Part shown: positions 26,904 to 40,826 of the stretch, one piece after another
Layout: every line of letters starts with the position of its first letter
How positions within the stretch are numbered: the first letter of the stretch is position 1
Assembly: GCA_038496445.1 (NCBI GenBank)
Contig: JALMLS010000596.1
Location: 62,001 to 126,000, forward strand
Origin: Trichosphaerium sp. ATCC 40318
Lineage: Eukaryota; Protista; Tubulinea
Reading direction: 5' to 3'
DNA: 64,000 bases
Position numbers and translations under genes: made by a program
Notes under the pieces: generated by a model
Databases searched by the model: none
The model's input: only the letters and a program-made list of their open reading frames with translations
Told to the model about the DNA's origin: nothing

Positions 26904-28400
26904 ATGTTTCATAAAGACCTACCTCCAGAGGTTGTTTATTTAATATTAAAACAAACAAGTACACCAATGAAGATTCAGCTTTGTTCCACGTGTAACTTAT
27001 GGCAAGCGTTTATTCTAAGCGTACAAAGCTTTCAGGTGCATACATTTTTACAAAAAAAAACCAAAACCATAAAAACACAAAACGCAAACCTTACTCTTTA
27101 CAATTAACAACGCTTTTTTAGAACGAAATAATAGGATGGTACAATGAAATACCACCTGTTGTACTTAATAAATCATCGTATTCGGTGTTTGATCGCTTCG
27201 TTTTTACGAATAAAAAGGTAACACGTTTTTCTTTGTTTGCGTCAAAAAAACAAAAAAAAAGGCAGTGTTCTTAATGTTTTCTCTAGGTTTATGTAACGAC
27301 ATGTACTGCAAATAAAAATGAAGTTGGGGTACGTGAACACTCGATTGTTTGAAAAATCCAAATAAAACCGTTTCAACTCACGTGATTTATAGGTTGTAGA
27401 GCGATTTTTGCCTGGTGTAGGCGATGAAGTTGATGAAGAATTATCTTGTGCATTATTAGCATCATGTGGACCTCTTGTTAAAAAATATACTACGGCTACA
27501 ATGCCAAAGCCTCTTATTCATGCGGCAGATGATTGTATATATTTTTGTGGTTGGAGTGCTTCGAGAACAAGAGTTTGGAGATTAGATGTGAACAATAACA
27601 ATAATGGTAGCGATACCAATGGACAATTTGCTCATAGAATAAAGTATGGAAAACACAATACAACACGTTGGTTTGTACCAAGTATGGTTCATCCAGGGCA
27701 CCTTATTATCGTGTCTCTATTTTTTGATAAGCTCACTACAAATCTGTACAACGTGGAAACAGGTCGCGTGTCCAAAAAGAAGGTAAGCAACGAAGATCTG
27801 AACATTATTGTTGTGACACTAACTTGTTTGTTAGACGATTGGCTTGGACTGTCGTAGACGCATTTCAGATCTTGCTGTGGATTCTAAGGATAGGCTTTTT
27901 CTAGTTGATAGTCAGTCGCTTTTTATACAACAACCAAGTGGATCGTTTATTAGACAAGTCATTATTAATGCCAAAGAAAGAGTAACTTCAGTCAATATTA
28001 ACCAAGATGTCATAACTGTTGTTGTTCGTCATAGAATATCAACACGTATTGTAGCTGGTAGAATATATGGTAAACGAAACAAGTGGCAGACTCTTTTTAC
28101 ATACGATTACAAAGATACTGTGCGAGCATGTTATCACTCTTGTGCGTTCTTCTTTTTTTTTAATCTTCATTTACCTTGTCTGACTTTGTTTTTTTTAGCT
28201 TGGATGTACCTTCTAACAAGGAAGAACTTATTACGGAAGCCATGTGTTCTTGCAAAACAGACTGTGTAAGTGAACGAGGAAAAACTTCAAATTATTCATC
28301 ACGTGATTATTTAATACTGATTGTTTTTCATAACTGTAGATCCACCTTACGCCGAGAATCTCATAGACGGAGGCATACCAGAAGGGAATAGCAATATATC
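26904..28400 (+). CDS. F-box protein with beta-rich (propeller-like) C-terminus
   Basis: MFHKDLPPEVVYLILKQTSTPMKIQLCSTCNLW matches the F-box pattern. Downstream spliced exons are present; the 3' end is approximate. Confidence 0.65.
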
Positions 28401-28528
28401 ATGGTAGCAATTTTGCTGAAATTTTCGTACTCAACTATTCACCAATGAAGAAAAAGCGAGACTTCTCTTGACATCCGGCTGTTTTTCTATTCTTCCCTTG
28501 TATTTTAAAAGTTTGTTGTAACTCTAAA

Positions 28529-30207
28529 ATGCTGTTACGCGCTTACAAACGAAATAAACGATGTTTCTCGGATGTGAGAACTGATAAGAAACAGTTTTCA
28601 ACAACAATAACGTAAAGTACTCTAATAGTACTCTGTTTAATACGTATAAGGCTACAGAAGAGTCCACGAAGTGTTTTATTCTTTGGCACTGATGAAGTGT
28701 CATTACCAACGCTAGAAAAGCTATATAACGAATACAGTAAGCTAGCAAACGCGTAAAATAGCGTCTTAATTAATATAGGCTCTAATAATCCCGCTATTGA
28801 TGAATTAGCGGTTGTATCGCCTCCAGACAAGAATACAGGTCGTAGGTATGAGACTGGAGGGAAAATGTCAAAAAAGTGTGAGTTCTAGACCTGTAAACAA
28901 AGTATTGACTCACATATTTAAGCTCCTGTTGCACGTTTCGCTGATGAAAAAAATCTCAGTCTTCACACGTGGCAAGGTAAATTTAAAGACTTCGTTGTAC
29001 CCAAAACACCTTCAGGAGATACCTATGATATTGGTGTAGTGGTACGAAAAGTTTCGGATCCAATGTTGAAACTTCAGGCATTGGTGTTTTAAAAACCAAT
29101 AGGTTTCATTTGGTTATATTATACCCACTCCTATGATCAATCATTTCCCAAACAAGATGATCAACATGCACCCATCTCTTATACCAAAGTACGATCACGT
29201 GATAGAGAAGTCAATAATTCATTGAAAACGTGTAAATAGCTAAGCTTTTTTAACATTTGAAAGCTTGTTACATTATTTTTCTTTCTTTTGTTTTGCTTAT
29301 TGTGGTAGATATCGCGGTCCTGCTCCTATTATTCATACAGTATTGAATGGTGATGATGAAACAGGAACAAGTGTTATTGAAATAAGTCCCTTAAAAGTAG
29401 ATACAGGCAAAGTGTTTAAACAAACAAAAATAGTACAAGATTGTTTATTTTTTGTATTTACTAACATTGATGGAGGCTGTTGATCCTAATGAGATGTATC
29501 CAGAGTTAACTGCAAGATTAGCGTCTAAGGGTGCAGATGACATACTTGAAACAATTCTTAATTTTGACGACTTTTCAGCTAAAAAGGTACACAAGTCATG
29601 TTGTTACCATTACAAACAATACTTTTTAGATTAACCAACTTGATTGCGAAAACCATGTATCACAAGCACCAAAGGTCTTTGGTCCAACTGGACATATTAA
29701 TTGGGATACAATGACATCAAAGGAAATATGGAACAAGTATAGAGCGCTTCATCATATGCAACCTGGTAAGTAACTTTCATCCTTTGTCCTTTTAACAAGT
29801 ACGTAAAGGTATTTTTACGAACCAGAGCACAAAGAAAGAACCGAGAGTTCGTATTACACAACTACACCCTCCAGATGATAATGATGAAAACTTAATGAAA
29901 GCGCATTGTCCAGAGGATTCAAAAACGGGGAGCATAACGTATTACGATAAAGGAGATGCTCCGAATACAGAAATGTTATTAGTGAGGTAACTACCTTTTC
30001 TACCACTTTGCTGTTTAGAAAGTTTGAAGAGTTTGGTTGTGTATGTTAGTAACAAGGAATGATGTATTTTTTAGGTGCAAAGATGGTATTTCGAAAGTGT
30101 TAAAAATGCATCAACAAGGTAAAAAGGAAATTACAGCAAAAGATTTCTACAATGGATTTTTATCTCAGAGACAAGTTTCGTTTATCTATAAGCCAGATAA
30201 ACAATAA
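28529..30207 (+). CDS. MTFMT: Methionyl-tRNA formyltransferase, mitochondrial
   Basis: Basic N-terminal presequence. [81 protein letters not shown]. Confidence 0.92.
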
Positions 30208-30543
30208 AACACATTTGTATTAAACAGTTACTGTAGTGCACATGCTAGAGAATAGCTTGATAAATTATGTCTCTTACAATAAGTTCACAACGTCCAGTTT
30301 GACTATTATAGTAGTTGTGCTGCAAGTGGCATTACAATAACATACGATTGTATACTGTACGATGCAAAGACGTGCAATTTTTGGCAAACACGTGACAGTT
30401 CTGAGGTTGTGGTTGACAGTTATCTTGATTAATAGGCACACAACTACCACTAAGCATTGATAGTACCAGTATAACTAGTACTTAAGGGTTGCCCTTAATA
30501 GAAGACAATACTTAAAATCAAAACATATTTTCGGTGGATAACT

Positions 30544-32029
30544 ATGGCTTCAAATACTGCAACCGATTCTTTTCTGCTTACGATACCTCCAGAACTATTT
30601 GTTATGATTTTAAGGCGTCTAGAGTATACAGATATAATACATTGCTGCACGGTATCAAAAAAACTAAAATCAAGCACAATAGGATACTCAACGCGTGCTA
30701 GAGTACGAAAAAGCACTTAACAAGCGTTTTAAGAACTTGAAATTCACCGATTTGATGTAGTTCATCATGGGAGACATAGACGCATGCGCTGTACCTCACA
30801 ACGTAGTTGAAAAACCAAAAACGGCAGTTGATGGTATTTTAAGCCTCTCTAAGGGCAAAATCCCAGGAGTAAGTTTAGTACTTTTGTTTTTTTTTTAACC
30901 TTATTGATTTCTCTGGCCGTACTGTGATAAGTTAATTTATAATTAGGATGTTTACGCTGTGGTTGCAAAGGGTACCTCCCTCCTTCTACTTCTTATATCC
31001 ATGGTAAATCACGTGCTTACGAAAAAAACCAAAAAACTTTTTGAAAAAAAAGCAACTTATTTTGTATACTAATAGGCTCTAGGGTAGCGAAGGAAGCCTT
31101 TTTACTCGTCTTAATGCTCTTAACTTCTTAATACCTTGGGTCTCAAATCAAAGCAGACCGAAGCAAGTCAAGAAAGTTAGGATGATACCTCTTCGAAGAG
31201 ATAGATATATAAAGCATTTATATGATGAAAGAAAGAATACTCTATATGCAATGACATCTACAAAAGTTATATCTATCTCTTTAAACAATACAACAGCAAA
31301 ACATGTTGAAATACACAAAAAAAATCCAAATTATTATCTTGATGATATGGCTCTTGATGATGGTTCTCATTCTCTTTTTATTGCACCTGAAGGTGGCAAT
31401 ATTATTAAGTTATGTCTTTATACTAAGAAAGAGACACTGATGGACACAATGTCAGGAAAAATACTGAATGCAGACCGATACCAATGTATGTTTTTGACAA
31501 AGCAAAATTTTGAACAATTTATAGTTCTTACTTTTCACGTCTTCTGTGTATGTAATTGTGCCTATTGCTTATTAAATTATATAGTGATTGTTGGAAGATT
31601 CAGAGGTCTTCATTATGTCAATGTTGGTGTACAAGGAGTATTGTTCTGTCGGATTACTGGTGGATCTATTTTAGGATTAATTAAAGGAGCAACCAAAGAA
31701 GAAATTTACGTTTATACAGCTACAAAAATTTTCAAGGTGTATACTGATCATAGACCATGTGTACCACAAGTTATATTTGATAGTTGTAGTATGTCCAGCA
31801 AAATTCAAAGCGTTGAAAGCATGGTACCTTTAATTTTTTTATTTTTTTGGTGTTTTAGCTTTGAATTCTGTTGAATCTCATGTGGTTTTAGAGTTATTGC
31901 GTTTTGGTTAGCTTAGAAGGGGGTATTATGATAACAATACCTTCAACAAACCCACAACGCACAACAATGTACTCTATACGAAGTGAACTTAAGCGTGCTT
32001 ATAATTTTGGAAGTTTGAAATGGAGCTGA
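30544..32029 (+). CDS. F-box protein with putative beta-propeller
   Basis: LLTIPPELFVMILRRLEYTDIIHCCTVSKKL is an F-box. Downstream exons include ORF 31182-31874. Stop TGA at 32027-32029. Confidence 0.7.
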
Positions 32030-32544
32030 GAAAGTGTATGTACAATAATAATGCTATTGACTCCTCTTTATCACATGAGTATGACTGTGGCTTTAAGTGA
32101 CAATCTGATCGTAACGACTATTCGTGACCTTGAGCCACGCTGTAAATTTTTATTATTTTCTGTTTTTGGCTTAAATGCCACTTTACGCGTCGCTCAGTTT
32201 GTTTCTCGGTACGTTTACTATTAACCTCCTACTTTAATACAATCATTCATAAATTATCTCGTTTCCATGGTATATCGAGTGAAAACCGCTTCACTACTAA
32301 AAATGAAGTTTCTTTAATGTTATTCTGTTGTTGACGCAAGTATTTGAAATTTCTGTACTCCGTTCAACTTACGTAATCACGTGTTTTCAAAACTGTAACA
32401 AAAACACAGCGGAAGCTTTTCTGGATCTTTTTCTACAGTCACATCGCGTTTTTGCAGTCACTCCTGATTTTGTTAGATCACGTGACTACTGCAATACCTT
32501 CATTTTTTATTTTTTCTTTTTTAACCGAATTACTTCGTTTTTAG

Positions 32545-35273
32545 TGTCTCTGTCTTTACTACACTTTGGGGAAACTCAGATTCCTGTTGTTCGGTGGACA
32601 GGAGCAGTAAACATGGATTGGCTGTGCGTCTAATTCAGTTTTTTTAAACTTCTACAATATGTTATTTTGTATTTCGTTTTTTCGACTTGTGTATTGATGT
32701 ATGTAGAAATACTGGGAATTGGGATTGTGCGCCGGTAGCGCAATGCAATAATGTACCTATACCCCCTGATACAACGGATACTACTCTTTTTATAGGATTT
32801 TTAGCATGTGTGAGTCCAAGTTGTTACTTAAAGTAAAGCCGAACTAACTCATTATAACAGCCCATGGCCGTTGAGTTACAAATACGTGGTATTGACGTTG
32901 GCTGGCCGCCTTTAGAGGTAGCTCCCGGTAGATGTCCTACTATTTTACTTGATAATGCTAATGTAGTTATTGCAAAGTGAGTTACCCATATTGCTATTAT
33001 GCCTAATGAAACTTAGTGTCCCTATTTCCTCAATGACTAATTATATCTTCCATTTTTCTGGTGTGTCTCTTGTTCAAACACAAGCTGGATCGTTTGAACC
33101 AAGTACTGTTCGTATCATATCAACAAATGCGAGAATAATAAGTGCTGTACGTGTCAGCTTGAAACAAAAAGATATTTTCGGAATTTTTTTTTTGAGATTT
33201 TTTTTTTAGGTTGGCGTCTCAATAAATGAAGTGACGATGGATGCAGCGGCGATTACATTAGATATTGCGGCTGAAATGACACAAAATATAGCTATAAGAA
33301 CAATAATTTCTGATTCAATGACTCAGACTTTCGATCAGAGACTTCTTATGGGACCGCTAGTGTCAAACGGTCCTCCATTGGTACCTTATGATTTTTTTTA
33401 ACTATTTCTTTGTTAACTTTTTTAAGCAAATGGCGATTTTGTCTGACTCCGTACAGTACACAGGACCAAGACTATTTAGTATAATTGCACAGACTGTAGA
33501 ATTACGTATTGATGCAAACGTGATGTACGCTGAAAAACCAAAAAAAAAAAAAAAGAAGAAACAAACACCAATTGTTTTGCTATCATTGACTGCCCATGTC
33601 ATACTCATAGTCTAACAATTAGTCAAAATTAGGGCTACAGGTAATATGCTCATTAGTAATCTGGTTGGGGAAACGAATTGCAATGGAATGATTAATATTA
33701 ATAGCGCGACAGTTGATGTATTTCCGGTATGTAGTACCTTTTGTTAACTAACTTGTTTTTGATTTACATTTTTCTCTTGTTAAAGAATACAATGGTGAGC
33801 GGCACTGTGATGGGAACTGGTAGTTCGTTTATTACTTTTTATGGAATTCTACGCTTCAGCGGGATGTCAATTCAAGATGTGACGATAGGCGATAGCCCCG
33901 ATGCTGATAATATGGTGGCTAATATTTTATCATTTGATACGCCGACAATGACTGATACTGATCTTATATGGCAAAGTACTCTAGCTCTTCGTATTGGTAT
34001 GTTATGATTACGAATTAGAGAAAAACCCACATGTGCTATACCTCATTTTTTGATTGCCTTGTTTTGTGTTTTTCTCAATTTTTTTATTTTGTTTAGAGCA
34101 GGTCGACAGAGTTAATAATGTCGTATTGAGGAATGTTGATACTGCAATGCAACTTATATTCTCCAGTATAACAGCAAATATTGCGGTTCTTACCTTAAGG
34201 AGTACAACTCATACTCTAAACCTAGCACAAGGGTGAGGATGATTTCAACGGAAATTTTTGTGTTGGATTTTTAATAAGATTTAGAGCTATAGTTACCATT
34301 GGGAATGTTTTGCCCATGGGCGCCACAGACTTTACAGTTTCTCTTGCAGACACATCTCAACTTACGCTTTCAAACATGAACATGGAACCGATACTTTTTA
34401 CTATAAGTGTAGATAACACTGCGAATATGTTAACTATTAACAACGGATTTCTTATTGCAAATAGTATGGATGCCGTAAGTGGTTTTTTTTTACTTACGAC
34501 GCTTACATTTTTGGTAGCTCACAGATCTGTCAATGATGCCCATACAAGTTAATACAGGTAGCATAATAGGATTTGCAAAAGAGTCAAGAATAATGTCATT
34601 GAGCGTTTCAACTGGAGGAGCTCTTGGATTCACTGTTACAGTACTTGAACCAACTCCATTGGTATCTGGAAGATTGGAAGCTTTAGGTGAAATAAACTTC
34701 GCTGCTGGGTCAACAATATTTGTAGAAGTAATAGTAGCAGCTCCAATGGCTCAACAACGACTACCAGTATTAACTGCAAAGTAAGTATTTTGTACTTACT
34801 TTCTTTGAACACTTTTGTAACTGTTTCTTGAATTCTAGTGTGCTAAATGGGATGCCTTCACTTGATACCACATACTCCGATAGTGATATATGTCTTATAC
34901 AAATGGGAAATACAATTGAACTGGTAATAGAACCAGTGGGGGCATCACCCTCGGCGTGTCCGATGACAGAACCTCCAATGACAACAGAACCTCCGACAAC
35001 AGAACCTCCAATGGCAACAGAACCTCCGACAACAGCACCTCCAATGACAACAGAACCTCCGACAACAGATATGCCAACTACACAACCTCCAACAGGTGGA
35101 AATTGTCAGTCTAGAATAAGGCAGGGGATGAAAAGGTTTATAGATATTGCTGAGATTGATTTAATTACACGGTAACCTCGAGATTAACCAAAAAGCTATT
35201 TACTAATTAACGTCTGTGTTAGACAAAAATTACAAAACATTACGATTGAAAGGATCAAATTAATGTCAAGATA
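32545..35273 (+). CDS. Secreted/surface beta-rich protein with C-terminal Pro/Thr/Glu repeat
   Basis: Spliced VRWTGAVNMDWLNTGNWDC (W-x-G..DW..NW N-terminal motif), long beta-strand-rich exons, TTEPP repeats. Start codon not resolved. Confidence 0.55.
34963..35095 (+). repeat. Coding tandem repeat (acagaacctcc units; MTTEPP/TTEPP)
   Basis: Directly visible 15/18-nt repeats. Confidence 0.85.
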
Positions 35274-35533
35274 GAATCAAACTCTCAATGTTTCCTTACT
35301 ACTGGAAAAATGCCAATCCTTCATCTGTTATCCTATGTATGAGTGATAAATAAACATGTCTATAGTTAAACGTTTAACATGTGTCCATCTATTGATGACG
35401 TGTCCTTGTGCCCTACATTTAGTTCACAAGTTTTTGTACGTTTTCAGAAAAATACAAGATTCGGATAATTGATTAAGCAATGCTGTTTCAAACTTTTAAG
35501 GTTGTCGTAAGCTCTAAACTTGAAACAAAAAAA

Positions 35534-36620
35534 ATGCTGCGTACAACACCTCTATTTGCGAAAAAAGTAATTGAAAGAGTCACAAAGGCGTATGATGGCA
35601 ATACAATGGCAGAATACGAAAAAAACCGTTTAACCATTCACTCTCCTGTAGAAGCACGTGTCGTAATGCGTAAACTTGAAGAACACCTTCCAAAGGTACA
35701 ATTGAGCTCTAGTAGTGTATTTTCCTTTGGTCTTATTCATCAGAGCAGTAATGTGCTTGAGGTTGGTGTAGGAGTTGGACACTACTCAAAATTCATGTTA
35801 GAACGAGGTCACAAGGTCACTCTTGTTGGTACGGTTTGAATCTTGATAGCCTTTCTTCGTTGACGATAAATAGATATATCAAAGAGGTGTCTTGACGCTA
35901 CTAATAAGCTACTAAAAGAACATGGGTTAAGCGCTGAGAAGTCTGTAATCTGTTCAGCAACAGAACTATCAAAGACATTCGAAAAAGATACTTTTGATGC
36001 AATAGTTTTCCTTGGTCCGCTTTATCACCTCCCAGACTTAAAGCAACGACAAAAGGCATGTGAAGAAGCTCAAAGAGTCCTTAAACAAGACGGCATCATT
36101 TTTTCTCAGGCAATAAATAAGGTAATACCATAAAATCGTTTTACATCACGTGTTGAGTATTCACGTCTTTTTAGTTAGCATACTTGAGGGATTTATTACT
36201 TGGTATCTCTGGAGACCCTAACAGTGATGTCATCAAGAGAAAGGAATTTCATGACTCGTTTTTATCTTCTGGGTATGCCTATGAACTCGCTATTGTTTTT
36301 TGGTTCATATTGTTTCTAGTGTACTTGTTGAGGGTATTGCTCCAATAGGTGATGCGCATTTGACTACTGAGGAAGAATTTCGTAGTCTAATGAATAGATA
36401 TTTTACATGTATAGAAGTTGTTGGTTGTGAGTCATTTACAAACGGATACGCGAAGGTTGTTTTGTTAAACAAGAAATTACTTATTTTTTTGTGACAGGAA
36501 TTCAATAACTTGAACGAAAAATCAAAGGAAGAGTTCATAGATTTAGTGATGAAAACCAATACATCCATTGCTGGTATAAACCAATCTGATCATATTATGT
36601 ACATCGGAAAATCAAACTGA
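35534..36620 (+). CDS. Class I SAM-dependent methyltransferase, possibly mitochondrial
   Basis: VLEVGVGVGHY (motif I), VTLVDIS, FDAIVFLGPLYHL..RVLKQDG. MLRTT N-terminus. Stop TGA at 36618-36620. Confidence 0.85.
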
Positions 36621-37569
36621 ATCTCAAAGAAGCCGAGGACATAGCTCAATATGTAACAACGTAACTGTTGAAAAATAGTCTTTTTCTTTATTCAGCGTAT
36701 GTTTAGCTAGGCCTACAAACCTAGAGCCCTTTTATTGGTTTTTTGGAATTAATAGTACGCTATAAAACGTATGTATGCTCTATTGGAGTACGGTGGGACC
36801 TTACACAACAGTTTTCAGGCTAGTACGTTCTAGCTGGATCCAATTGAGATTGCTTTTTATGAACTTCATTAAAAGAAGATTACATTAAGATGTTATGAGA
36901 GAGCAAAAGTACTCTTTGGTATCCTTACATATGCCGATTATAGCGATAGCACATTTATCAATAATACTTTGTACCTAACTAATATTATCACATAAAAGAG
37001 CACCTAAACCCTTTGTCCTATTCGAAATGTCGACTCTTTACAAGTTTTTTTTTCCAAATATCTTTCTTTTCTTAGGACTCAGCGGATAACCCAAGTCGTA
37101 TTAGTACAAGCAGTAGCTGCAGTGCGCTATTTTTCCGACAACTTATCATGGTGTACCGCTGTATTACGTTGTTTTCGGGTTGTTTCTTTTATTACCTTGG
37201 AACTTGTGAAGCAAGTTGATAGATTATGCTATTTACCTATTTTTTTACCTGAGGAAGCACCAAACACCTATTGAACCACCAACAAGTACGCTACTTTTTT
37301 CCTGCTTTATTTTGCACGTGACCACCTGGGCACTTCATTAAATATGTCTCTGGTTATCAATGGGCCATCAAAAAAAAAGTTGACATTTTTGGTCAATTTA
37401 TCGACATTCCCCAGCAGACGGACCACCTGGTTTTTTATAGTGAGTCAAAAGTACAATAATTATTTACAAGATAGCTACTATTCCTTCTAGCCCTTCTATG
37501 AGTTCTGGGGACGTATTTCTCAAGGATGGGTTCATGGAAGCAAACAAAGGATCAACTGTACTGAAATAA

Positions 37570-38220
37570 AAACCATGTTTTTCAGAAATCTTGCATGCAG
37601 AGGCGATGGACTTTGAGTGTTCAGGCTTGAAGTCCTACTTACTTCAGGAAATTACTAGTAGTAAATGAGCTAAGAAACTGTTTGAACAACTCAACAACCG
37701 TCAAAACGCACGCAAGACACTCTTTTAATGCATATGGAAGCGTACAGATACTTGCATTCTAAAAGCCATGGGGCTTTTTTCCTGCTTGTGTGAGGCGTCT
37801 GGACGCCTTTTACGTCAGGTAGTGGGTTTTATAACGAAAACATGTTCAAACCTTTACATACATGAACTTTTTTGAATTCAACACTGAACTCCGAGGTTGA
37901 CAATTCAGTGAAAAAATTCAAAAAACACGGGATGAGTACATCAACAACACCTTGATGGGTGCTGATGAAGCTAAGGCGGCTTTGGATCCATTAGCTGGGA
38001 TGGATTTTTCTCATGAGCATAAGAAGGATGAGCTCGTTGTACCAGAAAAGTGTTCTGACGGTTTACTTTGGATGTCAAGTTGAAGGCTACAGCCGAAGAA
38101 TTTATGAAGCCTTTTGTTGCGTTGATTAAGAGCGTCAAAGTTGCTTAGAAAGTATGATATCACTCGAACTGTGTATTCAATAAATAGAATCATCTAGTAA
38201 TAGTATCTTGAAGGCTGTTT
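37570..38220 (+). pseudogene. Decayed, apparently intronless coding remnant of unknown family
   Basis: Protein-like frames (AEAMDFECSGLKSYLLQEITSSK*AKKLFEQLNNRQNARKTLF*CIWK..; NTELRG*QFSEKIQKTRDEYINN..; DVKLKATAEEFMKPFVALIKSVKVA*) broken by stops and frameshifts. Confidence 0.5.
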
Positions 38221-38425
38221 GCTCTTTGTTAATAAAAGAGCATTTGGCTATTTCTACTGGTAAGATAAAAGATACAAACAGGGTTTTTAAAACCTTTGGG
38301 TGTTGAGTTTCCTAAAGTTGGAGAATCTTTTGCTGTAAAAATCACAACGTGTTCCTGCGGATCCGTTTCTCAAACAGCAAAGGTATATTTTTTAGGTAAT
38401 ACTTTTTATGTACTTTTATTTTAGT

Positions 38426-40826
38426 TTATAATTTAGCGCGTTGAATGTTTAGTTGAGCCTTAGAAACCCATAATCCATGGAACCCATAAGGTACACGTTG
38501 AGCAAGAGCTACACGACACACAACTGACATATTCTTGGCATCAAGAACAAGGACCTTAGAGTAAGAAACAGTAAGAGATAAAGTTATTTGATTTTGTAAC
38601 TTACCTCAGAATTATTCTTTGTTTCATCGTAAATATAACCAACCAAGTATCCCTAAATTTTGAGTTTCAGTATAATTTTTTAACCTAATATAAAACTCTT
38701 ACATCATCCTCAGCACTATTTGTCCCTGTTTTATTGATAAAAACGAATTCTCCTCCGTATCTTTGTTCACCATGAAGCCATCGGATTTTTTCTTTGAAAA
38801 AAGCTTAGAATAATAACCATACGGGTGCCATGGTATTGACATGCTTATGTCGCTCTAACACCTTACCTTTTGTCTCTAGATTAATCTTCTCGACGCCATT
38901 GTAATGTGGCATCTCACTAGACGTGCGTATAGCGTAATAAGCATACCTAAGGATACCATAAGGAAGAAATGCATAAAAATAAGCTGCTGTTTTCTATTAA
39001 GGTGACTTACTGGCATTTCCTTCCAGTGTAATTATTATTTATCACAGGGAATTCTGTATCATAATCAAGAGGCATCATAGGCTCGTCTTCTATTTTACCA
39101 GTTTCCATATCAAAACACCAATGGTGTATTATACCAAACTGTAAAAATATAATCATTAGTTCTTTTTCTCAAAACGAAAGCAAACGCACGTTTTTTCTCC
39201 CAGCATAGGACAAATTAAAGTCTAATGTCTTATACCTAGTACCATACAAGTGTACTTTAGAACCATCTTCCCATGCATTTCCTGTATGGAACATAAAGAA
39301 AGAAGGCATCTCAAACCATTTGATTTGAGAGTCGTCCTTTGGCAACAATCAGTTTCGAGCGGTTTGGTTTGAATATTTCTTTACCTTCATGTGTCGCGGA
39401 CCAATACCTATCCTAGCTGGCATTTCAGGCCTGAATGTGCCCAATCTACCACCATTAGCTGGAGCTTTTGTAGCATCATAGACCAAAGGTAGATCCAAGA
39501 AAACAGTGTAATTCTTGGTAATTGCACAGTCATGCATCTTGTGGAAATAAACAAGTCAGTTTCGCCTCTCATTTGACCTTTAAGTACCAATACAGGCGCT
39601 TGGACCTTGATTTTAACATCTTTTGATAGTTTTCCATCCTTACTAACAGTATTGTATTTTATGTAAGGCGTTTTTGCATCGTAACCAAAGAACATCATTT
39701 CGCCGGTTTCTGGATCAATCTGAAAAGTAAGTTGTGGAACTAAATTATTTCTAACACTCACCTTTGGGTGTGCTGTGAATGAGTGTTTCAGTTTATTGTT
39801 GTAGGTATAAGGGCCAACAGTATCCAACGTTTGAGCAGTAACCCAGGTAGGTGCGCTACCTTCAACCAAAGCCATGAGCCGTCTAACACGAAATTACATT
39901 ACTCAGTCACGTGTACAAGTAAAACAGGTAAAATAAATTTGAAGGTACGTACTTGTCGTGAAAAACCAGTGCAGTGTTCGCTGTGTTTTCTATACAATTG
40001 AACAACGGTTAGAGCGATTTAAAAAAAAACAATTAAAAAAAATTCACATCGTACTATTCCAAGGGTTAGGTGCACCTCCCCAATACGCTTTTCGGAAAAT
40101 ATGATACATCATGTGCATTAAACTCCTGTATTAGAAGGTAAGAACATATACTACACGTATACCATAGCAGGTGAGAGGCAAAAATTATTGTTTTTTTGGA
40201 TTTGTTCGAAACATTTTTCACCAACTTGGAACACAAAAAAAAAAGCACGTACGCTAGGCCTACCAAGTCGGTATAAACAGAATAATAGTATGCCTTTCCA
40301 AGCTGTTTCTCGTATAAATAGCCTCTTGTTTCTATAAACCTTCAAATTTAAAAAATGAGTTGATAACACGTGAGAAACGTTAAAAAAAAGCAACAAACTC
40401 ACTTATTGACAAACGACACTTGTCCTTGAGAAAATCTAACAGCGTGTAACATGCCATCACCTAAAAACTTAGATACACGCTACACACATCTATGAGCTCA
40501 CCCATAAACCAGTGGTAGTCCCTTTTGATAAAGTTAAAATTAATTGAAGTTGTACGATCATGTTTCTTACTTTATTGGTGCGAATTGAGGATTTGGTCCA
40601 TTTCCTGAGGGTTTTGAGCGTCATTGTGGTAAATGGAGCGTGTAAAAAGAATGTTCAGACGTACGAACGAATAGACCATCTAAATCGTGTGGAATCGCTC
40701 CTTTTGTTGTGTCAGTGCGTATGGTAAATATTTTAACGCACCTTCAATGATACTAAGATTAACGGCTGTTGTTTCCTTTGTAACAGGCTTAAAATTGCCA
40801 GTTAATGCCTCACGTTGTGTTGTCAT
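38426..40826 (-). CDS. Carotenoid cleavage dioxygenase (CCD/RPE65 family) with C-terminal PTS1 (-AKL)
   Basis: GNFKPV; RNGPNP; HWFMGDGMLH; FTAHPKIDPETGEM; MHDCAIT; FHTGNAWE; GGEFVF; EDDGYL; RVPYGFHG. Ends QRAKL*. Confidence 0.92.

Noticed and set aside
28846-29170. Apparent structured RNA with a tRNA A-box-like TGGTGTAGTGG and several hairpins
   Set aside because: Explained by exons and introns of MTFMT ([10 protein letters not shown]). No B-box or cloverleaf.
34963-35095. Short direct repeats resembling a CRISPR-like array
   Set aside because: No unique spacers; these are in-frame coding TTEPP repeats in a eukaryotic gene.
37795-37925. U5 snRNA-like loop GCCTTTTAC with a downstream U-tract and hairpin
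   Set aside because: Weak flanking stem, no conserved CCG internal loop, non-consensus Sm site, and it lies within the pseudogene reading frame. An Infernal RF00020 search would settle it.
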